Origin: Octopus sinensis
Taxonomy: Eukaryota
NCBI RefSeq assembly: GCF_006345805.1
Contig: NW_021836781.1
Coordinates: 1 to 22,786, forward strand
Direction: 5' to 3'
Length of the DNA: 22,786 nucleotides
Shown here: positions 10,887 to 21,870 of the stretch, one piece after another
Numbering within the stretch: the stretch's first letter is position 1
How the letters are laid out: each line of letters opens with the position of its first letter
Translations under genes and position numbers: made by a program
Notes under the pieces: model-generated
Told to the model about the DNA's origin: nothing
The model's input: only the letters and a program-made list of their open reading frames with translations
Databases searched by the model: none

Positions 10887-10943
10887 GTGATGATGGTGAG
10901 GAGGAGGAGGATGGTGATGGTAGTGGTGATGATGATGATGATA

Positions 10944-10976
<33 letters not shown>

Positions 10977-11030
10977 GTGATGATGGTGAGGAGGAGGATT
11001 GTGATGATAATGATGATGGCGATGATGATG
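10220..11030. repeat. (GGT/GGC/GCT)n and (GAT/GAG)n trinucleotide arrays
   Basis: Directly visible, with a unique spacer at ~10450-10610. It explains the poly-P, poly-G, poly-H, poly-D and poly-S ORFs. Confidence 0.95.
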
Positions 11031-11407
11031 AATGTACATCAACAAACACAAACGGCAACCACGATGAAAAGAAAGAGCAGCAACTGCACCAAAAAATACC
11101 GAAGTTCATTTTTGTAAGCTGAAACGAGGGGGAGTTGTTAAAATATATGGGGACAACGTAGCAAAATGGATGGAAAATAAGTGTTGGTGGTCTTTAAAAT
11201 GATTATTCCCCAAATTGGCAGTGAATAGCCTCTTGCTCAAAACGTCGCTAGACTTGCATAGGAGACTCGAAGGAGAATATTCCGAAACGGAAAGGACAAG
11301 AACCTTGAGGATGGGAAACCACCTCTCCGCAGAGAGTATCGCAATTCCTAGAGTCGACCGAAAATCAAGCTCACGTGTTTAAAGTCATTTGTTTTTGTGA
11401 GTGTGTT

Positions 11408-11463
<56 letters not shown>

Positions 11464-11559
11464 GCCACAACAGATGCTGCACCATCATCATCAGCTGACA
11501 CGATTTCTTTGCGTGCAGGTTCATGGCCTCTAAGACTGACGGATGCCTACTACTACTAC

Positions 11560-11609
<50 letters not shown>

Positions 11610-11643
11610 TCATCCAAAATTTAGAGGACTGACCACTAAAAGT

Positions 11644-12056
11644 GCAGGAGTGGCTGTGTGGTAAGTAGCTTGCTAACCAACCAAATAGTTCTGGGTTCAG
11701 TCCCACTGCGTGGCACCTTGGGCAAGTGTCTTCTGCTATAGACCCGGGCCGACCAATGCCTTGTGAGTGGATTTGGTAGACGGAAACTGAAAGAAGCCTG
11801 TCGTATATATGTATATATATATATGTATGTGTGTGTGTGTTTGTGTGTTTGTGTTTGTCCCCCAACTTCGCTTGACAACCGAAGCTGGTGTGTTTACGTC
11901 CCCGTCACTTAGCGGTTCGGCAAAAGAGACCGATGGAATAAGTACTGGGCTTACAAAGAATAAGTCCCGGGGTCGATTTTCTCGACTAAAGGCGGTGCTC
12001 CAGCATGGCCGCAGTCAAATGACTGAAACAAATAAAAGAGTAAAAGAGTAAAAGAG
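11644..12056 (+). mobile_element. Family A SINE, the least diverged copy
   Basis: Near-identical to 2540-2947, lacking the first few nt of the head. It has a triple TAAAAGAG tail and no TSD. Confidence 0.92.
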
Positions 12057-12104
12057 CCTATATGCTAAGCATAGACGTCAAAGATATATATATATATATA
12101 TATA

Positions 12105-12250
12105 CAAAATTTAGAGGACTGACCACTAAAAGTGTACAGCCTATATGCTAAGCATAGACGTCAAATCGCCATTACCACGAAGAATGGCGATTTGACGTCT
12201 ATGTTTAGCATCTAGGCTGTCCACTTTAGTGGTCAGTCCTATAAATTTTG
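12105..12250. mobile_element. Fold-back MITE in (TA)n
   Basis: Arms 12105-12173 and 12183-12250 are inverted, with 4 mismatches and 1 indel around a 9 nt loop. Flanks are TA on the left and CA on the right. A second, interrupted copy of the left arm lies at 11615-11644 plus 12056-12082. Confidence 0.8.
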
Positions 12251-12356
12251 CATGTAAAACAATTTTTAATGTTCGGATTTTTTAAAATATACTAAGCCAC
12301 TGGTTTTATTTGATTAAAATCAATTTTTACCCTTATTTGATTTTATATATATATAA

Positions 12357-12565
12357 GTCAGGACGCCATGATAGATCATTAGCTCCTACACGCATTTTTT
12401 TCTCTCCTTGTTTTTTTCTGTGTATCTTTCTGTCGAAGAGCGTAGGCTCGAAACGTAAAAGACTTTTTCTATTTCTATTCCTGAGCGCTACACTAATACT
12501 AATACATTTGTTTGCTTGTACTCCACCTGCCTTCGTCTTTTGTTAATTTTCGAAAACTTTCCCGT

Positions 12566-12566
<1 letters not shown>
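12357..12566 (+). mobile_element. Short (TA)n-embedded element, probably a PLE pseudo-LTR derivative
   Basis: ~210 bp non-coding segment between TA tracts that contains the hammerhead-like motif at 12425-12462. The PLE origin is inferred. Confidence 0.5.
12425..12462 (+). ncRNA. Minimal type I hammerhead-like motif with variant core
   Basis: Stem I UCUUU (12425-29) pairs with AAAGA (12458-62). Core CUGUCGA (12430-36; A6 replaced by U) plus an extra A. Stem II is GAGC-guag-GCUC (12438-49), followed by GAAAC-GUA (12450-57) with a self-complementary ACGU. Confidence 0.5.
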
Positions 12567-12597
<31 letters not shown>

Positions 12598-12912
12598 GAA
12601 ACAAAGATGGAGTAATAAGGGACAATAATCCTGGGAAAATACCTCTTAAGCTCTCTGCATACAAAAATACAGCAGGCTAACAAAAGAATCTCGTGGTTAA
12701 TATTGTAATCCAGGTAATCCGAAGTCAAAATCTGAATCAAGGTCCATCCAAGTCGTGTTTGTAAAGCTATGGTTGCATTACCCAGTTGATATGGTTTCAT
12801 GGTGGGCCGTATAAAAGGGGAGAAGGGAGAGGTATAAAATAGACAAAGATAATGCGCTAATCCATTATTTCTGTCTATATTTATATATCTGTATGCATAT
12901 ATATATATATGC

Positions 12913-12949
<37 letters not shown>

Positions 12950-13082
12950 ATATACTATATACATTCTATATATATATACATATATATGCATATATATATA
13001 TATATAAAATGCATGTATGTATTTATGTATGTATGTATGTAGGCAGTATGTAGGTATGCAGTATGTATGTACATGCATTATG

Positions 13083-13139
<57 letters not shown>

Positions 13140-13164
13140 TCACTATTGCACTGATTCTTTGGTG

Positions 13165-13305
13165 TTAAACTTTTACTTCCCAACCACATGGCTCCGGGTT
13201 CAGTCCCACTGCATGGCACCTCAGGTAAATGTTTTCTACAATAGCTCCTGGACGACCAAATCTTTGCGAGTGGATTTGGTAGACGGAAATTCAAAGTAAC
13301 CAGTC
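13165..13305 (+). mobile_element. Family A SINE, 5' half (diverged)
   Basis: CCAACCACATGGCTCCGGGTTCAGTCCCACTGCATGGCACC..GAGTGGATTTGGTAGACGGAAA matches the family A head. Confidence 0.8.
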
Positions 13306-14149
13306 TTGTGTGTGTGTGTGTGTGCACGCGTGTGTATACAAATATATATATATACATACATATTATATACATATACGGATATACATATATTTATACATGT
13401 ATACATATGTATTTATAAATTTATGTATCTACATATGTATATATAGTATATGCATCTATGTATACACGTGTATATTTTATATGTGTATATTTATATATTC
13501 ATATTTAGATATACATTTATACACACACATTTATACATACAATTGTCTATAACTATAAACATATATAAATGATGTGCATACATGCACATTTACACATACA
13601 TTTGTGTGTGTTCGTGTGTGTGTGTGTGTGTGAGGAAGCTACATTCCGTTTCCACCTTCCCGCCTCACCTCCCGTCCAGCTTTCTTTCTCGGAAGTTTTC
13701 CTCAAAAATATGTCCGCCAGCTAGAAAAGATTAAACTTCCAAAGCTATTTCTACGGAAGCTGCATGCATCAGAGGACGCCAAGAATTCCTCACACACCAA
13801 CATTCAGTGTGACTTTCAGAAGAATCACCGCCAGCGTTTGTTACCTAATTTGATTTGGCAATAGAATGAGTCTTGGAAAAGAAACTTAGAATGACCATTA
13901 CCCTTAGGGTGAAGAATTACTTTTCTGTTCCTTTTTTTAAAATAATTTTCGCGCTAATTATACTTTATCGTCTGCTTCTCGTTTTAACTTGTTTTTTTAG
14001 AAATTCCTAAATTTTCATAACGCTTTTCATATGAAATACAGTTATTGTACTGAAGATATCAATATACTTTGACATGTGTGTGTATTTGGGCATGTATGCA
14101 TCAGATATATACATATATATGTTGTATATGAATGTTGTTTGTATGTTTG

Positions 14150-14437
14150 TATTTATTTATGTATGTATGTATGTATGCATGTATGTATGTATATATGTAT
14201 GTATGCATGTATGTATGCATGTATGCATGTATGTATGTATGTATGTATGTATGTATGTATGTATGTATGCATGCATGCATGTATGTATGTATGTATGCAT
14301 GTATGTATGTATGCATGTATGTATGTTTGTATGTATGTATGTATGTATGTTTGTATGTATGCATGTATGTATGCATGTATGTATGCATGTATGTATGTAT
14401 GTATGTATGTGTGTATGTGTGTATGTATGTATGTATG
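14150..14437. repeat. (ATGT)n/(GCAT)n tetranucleotide array
   Basis: Directly visible. Source of the MYVC-type ORFs. Confidence 0.95.
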
Positions 14438-15781
14438 TCTCTTCTATATTTTAATTATTATAAATCTTCCACTAAGGAGGGAGCCGGTTTCTAACAAAGA
14501 TGCAAGGCTCCATCTTTGGGATGTAGTTAACACAAATTCACATTTGTAACTTGAGAAAAGTCTTGCATATTTTTACTGTTCCACTCACAGATTGCACTTG
14601 TAATGTACGAATCAGCCGGTCGATTTCTCATTCTGAAAATCCCAGTTTATCCAGATTCTCCTTTAAGCATTTACTAACATGTATGTATGTATATATGTAT
14701 GTATGTTCTACTAAGAACACTTGTTCGTATTTAATCTTTTTTTTCTTTATTAAAGGTTTCTTATGACTCCCTATCAATCCCTTGGTTCGTTTGGAACAGT
14801 AAAGTTTCCAAAATCATTTTTACCAACAATTCCAGTCTTCCTCGGCCTTATCTTCAGGATAAGGAGCTGATGTGGCTTCTATATGACACATTTAATGCTG
14901 AGCCTCTTGTGTTTGTAGAAGCAATCCCTCAAGATTTTGACAAAGCGTTAACATTTATATTAGCAAATGTGACATTTGTATGTTGTGCGTTAATCATAGT
15001 CTTGTGTTGTGGTATTTTAAGGCTTCTATAATCAATCCTCTATTACTGACGGAAATTCTATAAAGAAAGAATTTTCTTTTAATGTTTTTCTATTTACTGG
15101 CTTTATTTAATAATGTGTGGTGCAGTGTGTTGCAACTGCCGCTTGTTTTAAGTGCATAGTGAACTTACAAGAGAGTGTTGAACTTGTATGACCAATTTTG
15201 TAGTAGGAACTACGATATGTCTTCGTAATATATAACTAGCATCAATTTATAATTTGAAGAAATGCATTTTGTGTTTGGTTCAATATAAAGTATATATAAG
15301 TGACTCGACTGGGTATTGCACCCCTGCCGCACCGATCCCGATGGTGTAAAATTTGAATATTTTACTATCTTCAATTATTTTAGCGTTGTGGCGGATGTCC
15401 CCAGGTGAGAAGTGGGCTGGTCCGCTACTATAAATAGTGGGCTGACGCAGTCAGTAGTGTCAGTCAGCGAGGTACGCTATTTGGGCCATTCCCGCAGGGA
15501 TGACGAAATACGTCGTCATAATGCAGGACATAATATTATGACAATTAGCATCATCTCCTACACCACGTATTTTTGACTGACACGCAGGCACACCAAACAT
15601 AAGTAATCTTTTCTCCACTGCTAGACCCACTCTAATAGTTCTCCTATAAAACTGTCCGACCACTGCTTAATCAGAGTTACATACCTCACCTTCAATCACT
15701 ATGCAACCCAACCTCTCAGACGGTAGTTCACTTCAAGTCAGTTAACTGCTGTAACTTCGAGGGCATATGTGCTTCCTTACT

Positions 15782-15845
15782 GACCAATCAGATACAGCTA
15801 AGAGGCTGGCTATAAAAATATACCACAGAACCCATAACACCAAGT
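15782..15845 (+). promoter_or_regulatory. Candidate Pol II core promoter (CCAAT box, TATA box, CA start)
   Basis: GACCAATCAG at 15782-15791, TATAAAAA at 15811-15818, and a CA dinucleotide with A at 15842, 31 nt after the TATA T. Motif-only evidence; it could belong to an LTR. Confidence 0.35.
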
Positions 15846-16535
15846 TGCGATTCCATCAGAATCGGTGGTTCTATTTCTGGTCAATATCAGACCATGTGGC
15901 TGTTACGTTACAAAAGACTGGTAATTGGTGCATGGATTGTACACCATTGAGACAGGTTCAAGCGTCGTACAGTCAACCTTTCCACTCACCCGGGTAGGTG
16001 AGTAAACTAATAATGCAGAGACGTACACGAAGGAGAGCCAATACCCAAAGTTCTGTAGGGGTACAAATTGCTGGAAAGTGCAAATGAAGTTTGATGAAGT
16101 CCGTGGGCTAGACATTCCTGGCCTAAAATATGAAGTATATAGTACCAGCAGTAGGGGTGGGTTGTCGTGGCGTTCAGAGCCGGATAAACAAGGTGCTGCT
16201 TGGCTGCCAATTATATTGCAAAAAATAAATGATCAGTGATTTACAAAATCCAAATCAGAGAAATGGTAGAATAATGTGAGAGAAACAGCAAATCTGGGAG
16301 TGAAGAATAGATGTTCAGTGAATAAATCAAAATAAACGCTGCTGAGGAGTTAGGAATTCTCTTGGTTTTGTGATTGAAAGGATAACAGGGTGTTTTGTAT
16401 GGTGAAAGGGAATCTGGACATTGATGGGTAACATCGATGCGGCTTGACACCAACGGAGTGAGTAATAGTATCGGATGCCACCTCATGTTAATGCAAACTT
16501 TTAGTTGACATCGTGACCCTCGCTGCAGGCCTCCG

Positions 16536-16910
16536 CGTGTGTGTGTCTGCGTGTGCCTGTGTCTGTATGTGTGTGTGTCTGTGCCTGTGCGTGTGTGTGC
16601 CTGTGTGTGTGTTTCTGTGTGTGTCTGTGTGTGTCTGTGTCTCTGTGTGTCTGTGTCTGTGTGCGTCTGTGTCTCTGTGTGTGTTGTGTGTGTGTGTGTG
16701 TGTGTCTGTGTCTGTGTGTGTCTGTGCCTGTGTGTATGTGTGTGTGTCTGTGTCTGTGTGTGTGTGTCTGTGCCTCTGTGTGTGTTTCTGTGTGTGTATG
16801 TGTCTGTGTGCGTCTGTGTCTTTGTGTGTGTCTCTGTGTGTGTCTGTGTGTGTCTGTGTGTGTGTGTCTGTGTGTGTGGGTCTGTGTGTGTGTGTGTATG
16901 TGTGTATGTG
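16536..16910. repeat. Compound (GT)n/(GTCT)n microsatellite
   Basis: Directly visible. Confidence 0.95.
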
Positions 16911-17184
16911 TAAAGCAATTGCAACGAATACAGGGATTAATACATCTGCAGGTTATTGTATTTCTACTGCCAATTACACAGCATATTTAGCTTAAATTTG
17001 TCCGACGCACGCATTAATTGTAATTGTCCTCGATATGCATTCGGTAAATTTTCGATAATCCATCCAAGCGAACCCAAGATTTACACATGAGGAGATCCTA
17101 GGTGCTCCTTAAATTGGGTGCGGTTAGCCGTAACCGGGATTATAACCGAGTGCTCGAATGGTACCAGCCTAGATACTTGATCCC

Positions 17185-17215
<31 letters not shown>

Positions 17216-17315
17216 ATGAGTATATATACATATATATATGTAATATATGTATATATATATATGTATATATGTATATGAGTATATATACATATATATATAT
17301 GTATATATATAATAA

Positions 17316-17346
<31 letters not shown>

Positions 17347-17366
17347 CATATATATACGTGTATATA

Positions 17367-17411
<45 letters not shown>

Positions 17412-17487
17412 CGTGTATATATATATATATATATATATACGTGTATATATATACACACACACACCACATATATATATATATATATAT

Positions 17488-17596
17488 ATTATTTTATAGA
17501 AGGAGCTTCTACAAAAGAAATCATCAGGAAGCTTCCTGATGATTTCTTTTGAATGAAACAGTTCTAGTCCTGTAGAAGCTCCTTCTATAAAATAAT
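17488..17596. repeat. Large loop-less palindrome with a 21 nt deletion in the left arm
   Basis: Perfect 40 bp palindrome at 17512-17551 centred on AAGCTT. Outer 26 bp arms at 17488-17513 and 17571-17596. The left arm equals the reverse complement of the right arm minus GGACTAGAACTGTTTCATTCA, deleted between CA microhomologies. Confidence 0.95.
17530..17580 (+). ncRNA. Type I hammerhead ribozyme candidate with complete core
   Basis: Stem I AGCUUC (17530-35) pairs with GAAGCU (17575-80). Core CUGAUGA at 17536-42. Stem II is U-UUC-uuuu-GAA-U (17543-54), then GAAA (17555-58). Stem III ACAG (17558-61) pairs with CUGU (17570-73) around the loop UUCUAGUC. Cleavage triplet GUA, with the cut after 17574. 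Confidence 0.7.
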
Positions 17597-17664
17597 TAAT
17601 TTACTCTGCTATGTATTGAGTACCTTATTTACTGTGGTTAACCCCGACTCAACCCGGGACCTAC

Positions 17665-17709
<45 letters not shown>

Positions 17710-17867
17710 ACATGTATGTGCATATATATATATGAGTAATGATGTATGCGTGTATGTTTGTGCGTAAGAATACTTACTAAAAAGTCACTGTTACCGAACT
17801 AATTTTGTTCCATTTTTTCTACAGAATTTGTCAGCCGCTTTGATAAATCCAGCATAAAACCCAATCA

Positions 17868-17906
<39 letters not shown>

Positions 17907-18084
17907 ACGCACACACAACACACACACGCACATGCACACGCACACACACGCAATATATAGTATTTATATAGAAGATAGACACATGAGTGTAGGTTTTTGT
18001 AAATATATTTTTTTAAATCAGTGTGAATGGGTGGGGGCATATCAGAGAAAACTAAACACCGTTAATAGCAGGGACTACCACTAA

Positions 18085-19498
18085 GTGTAGTAGTAGTAGT
18101 AGTTGTTGTTGTTGTAGCTCTAGTGGCAGTTGTTGTTGTGGTGGTGGTGGTAGTAGTTGTTGCTATATTAGTAGCTGTAGTATTAGTAGTAGTAGTAGTA
18201 CTACTACTACTAGTAGTAGTAGTAGTGGTAGTGGTAGTAGTGGTAGTGGTAGCAGCAGCAGCAGTAGTAGTAGTAGTAGTAGTTGTAGTAGTGGTGGTGG
18301 ATGTGGTGGTGGTGGCACCAAAAACACATGTTGCTATAAAACAGCAACAACAACAACGAAATCAGTGAAGCGTTTCATTAGAATCGGGTTATGGAAGATT
18401 AAGCGTGTCACGCTTCATTAGATCCAGGAAAACATTCTCTCTCTCCCCACCCCCCGCTCCCAGTCACTTATCCAACTCTCCCCCTTTTTCCATCTCCACC
18501 TCCTCCCCCACAACAAACCTATCGTCTCTCCCTCCCTCCTCCCTCTCTCTCTCTCTCATGATGATGATGATGATGATGCTTACTAAACGCTGTTGTGATT
18601 GTAGTTTAACCTACAGCGAAGCCCTTAAAACAAACAGACCTATAACCAAGTCCAACCCAACCATGACCATCCCGCCCTCTTCAGTATTACCAGGATTACT
18701 TCGTTGTTCTTGTTCTTGTCGTTGTTCTTATTGTTATTATTATTCTTGTTACTTGTTTTTTTTTGGTGTTTTTTTATTATTTGGATTATTGTCTTTTTTA
18801 TAGTTTTTGTTATTTTTAGTGTTGTCGCTGTTTTTGTTGTTGTTGTTTTGTTGTTGTTATGGTTATTGATTTTGTTGTTGTTGTTGAGTTTGTTCACAAA
18901 GAAGAGATGTATGAAGGAATAACTGCAAGGGTAATATTTCTGCGGCAAAAAGACTAAAGACCACGGGGCAGGGGGCGGTTCGGGGGACAAAACAATAACA
19001 ACATCAACAACATCAACAACAACAACAACAGCATTAATATAAGAACAATTTGCGAATATAACTACAAGAATGATAACGACAACAATAATCACCAAGTTGA
19101 CGACGATGACGATGATGAGGAGGGGGAGAGGAGGATGGTTATGATGATGATGATGCGGAGGAGGAGGAGGAATTTGTACGAGGTTGAGGATGATGATGAT
19201 TATGATGATGACGACAGTAACGATGCGGAGGAGGAGGAAGGGTTTTGTACGAGGATGAGGATGATGATGATGATGAAGAAGACGACAGTAACGATGATGA
19301 TTAGGAGAAGGCGGAGGAGGAAGAGGAGGCGAAGGGGAAGAGGAGGCGAAGGGGAAGAGGAGGAAGAGGAAGCGGAGGAGATGACGATGATGATGATGAT
19401 GATGATGGTGGTCGTCGTCGTCGTCGTCGTCGTCATCGTCGTGGTCGTGGTCGTGGTCGTGGTGAGGAGGAGGAGAAGGAGGAGGAGGAGGAGGAGGA

Positions 19499-19533
<35 letters not shown>

Positions 19534-19552
19534 ATGATGACGATGATGATGT
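18085..19552. repeat. Series of trinucleotide arrays (GTA/GTG, TTG/AAC, GAT/GAG/GAC) with short unique spacers
   Basis: Directly visible. Source of the poly-V, poly-N, poly-R and poly-M ORFs. Confidence 0.9.
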
Positions 19553-19878
19553 TCGTTTTTTTTATATTTTATTTTTCCGTACCAGAAAACAATATGGAAA
19601 AACGAAGGGGAAGGAGGGGAGGGGAAGGGAGAAAGAGCAGAAGAGGGAGAGGAGGAGGAGGATGGGGGAAAATGAAAAACAACAACAACGACGATGATAA
19701 AGACTTGTTTGTTCAGTCAAGAAGAATAAATTAGAATTCTGATTGTTTTTAACGGAAGCAAGGAAGGGAGTGGGGTAGGTAAATAAGGTGGGGGCAGGTA
19801 AATAATAAACAAATAATAAACATTTATGGGCGCTTAAACAAATATAGAAGCACAATATACATACATACACACACGCAG

Positions 19879-20305
<427 letters not shown>

Positions 20306-21445
20306 CGTTTCTTTATTAGCCACACAGGGCTGCACACAGACAGAACAAATTACAAGGTAGAGCTTTTCTTTTGGGGGTAAAAAAAAGGGGGTTGGTTTTC
20401 GATCAAAAGGGATCGTAAAATGAAGAATGAGGACAAAAAAGGGAGGATTTTTTTTAAAAAAGGGGGGGAGAGGGAAAAAAAAAAGAAAGGGGAGAGGAAA
20501 AAAGTTGATCAATAGGGATCGTAATCACAGAAATGAATATGAAGTGTAAAGGGGAGGACAGGTGAGGTTTACCCGTGGAAAGAAAAGCCTACGGAAAAGA
20601 CCACGGTAACCTCGGTCAATGAAGTCACATGTTATATTTCTTTCTTTTATTTCTTTTTGCAAATAAGCAACTCTCTGTATTAATTTTTACGGTTCATAGA
20701 ATCATAGTCAAGTTGGCTTCGTCATTCATACGTGCCATCCTTGCTACATTCACCCATCATTTTTTAAAACATTCACTAGACAAAACTTGCCTCTCTACTC
20801 TCACTTTCCTCTTCAAGTGATACTTGAAGAAGTTGATGAGAGATTGACCAGAGAGGAAATTGTTTGTCTCTAATCCTTTCAGGCGCGTCCACCAGATACA
20901 TTCTTTCGCCATAGCCACAAGTAATATAAAATAGCTCTTCCTTCCCGTTTGAAGGAAGGAGGCGTGACGATATTAACGATAGACTCGGCTGATAAACCGA
21001 CACACGTCCACACGTGACAGCAGTCGTTCGAATAAGCCCACAGGTGGGAAATTGCTGGACACTGCACGATTGCGTGCAGAGCGGTTTCGTCGCTCTGCCC
21101 GCATCTCGGGCAGGTCGGCCCCGTGTTTTCTCGAGCCATGCCTATAGAGCTTATCCCGAACTGGTAGCGCTTCTCGGTAGCACCGCCAGGCCAGGGATCT
21201 CTGGAAGTTGTCCATAGGTCCCGGGCCGAAAGTCGTTTGAAACAGGCGGGTCAGGTATTCCTCGTCGACGCCCAGGTTTGCCCCGAGCTCGTCGTCGTAC
21301 CTCCCCTCCACTAATCCCCTATAGAATGCTTTGGTTGTGTTGAAGTCACTCAAGGTCGACCCGGGACGGCAGAGTTGCTTGAGAGCAACGCGACACTCGC
21401 GGTGCCATTCGCCCTTCCTCGGCCTCTTTTTGATCCACGACTGTA
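20306..21445 (-). mobile_element. 5'-truncated L1/Tx1-type non-LTR retrotransposon (ORF2 C-terminus and 3' UTR)
   Basis: Minus-strand frames give AWRCYREALPVRDKLYRHG, then CPRC..ETALHAIVQC..LW (CCHC/zf-RVT knuckle, ~21059-21112), then AMAKECIWWTRLK..RKVRVERQVLS..F.K*WVN..L* (stop at 20694-20696). There are several frameshifts. The pyrimidine-rich 3' UTR has AATAAA (20317-20312) immediately before (ATCT)n. Confidence 0.88.
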
Positions 21446-21726
21446 AGATAGATAGATAAGTATATAGATAGGGTATATAGATAGAGAGAGAGAGAGATAC
21501 AGATAGATAGTAGATATATACATACATTCATACATTTTATATGCAGATATATAAATATATATATGCACACACAATACATACACATATTCATGTGTGTGAG
21601 TGTGTGTGTGTATGCGTAGAATGTATGTGGATATGTATGCATACACATGCATATACACATATGCATGTTGTTTCCTGGGGGACACGTTTTTGAAAAATTA
21701 AAACGTACAGAAAATTATATTTCAAT

Positions 21727-21788
21727 TATTATTATCTCTATTATCATCATCATCATCGTCATCGTCATTCTCATCATCATAATAATCC

Positions 21789-21844
<56 letters not shown>

Positions 21845-21870
21845 GTTATTGTTATTGTTATTATTATTTA
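21727..21870. repeat. (ATC)n/(ATT)n/(GTT)n array
   Basis: Directly visible. It forms the tail or target of the RLE element. Confidence 0.95.

Noticed and set aside
10168-11122. Poly-Pro, poly-His, poly-Gly and poly-Asp ORFs
   Set aside because: All frames and both strands are open because of trinucleotide repeats. No unique coding context or convincing splice sites.
11266-11295. GGA-gaatat-TCC-GAAACG hammerhead-like half
   Set aside because: The upstream core reads GACTCGA rather than CUGANGA, and there is no stem I or III.
15750-15912. TGTAAC...GTTACA as a solo LTR
   Set aside because: No 4-6 bp TSD (ACTGC versus AAAGA) and no polyadenylation signal. Kept only as an alternative explanation in the promoter finding.
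18401-18415. Palindrome AAGCGTG-T-CACGCTT
   Set aside because: Short, isolated and without supporting context.
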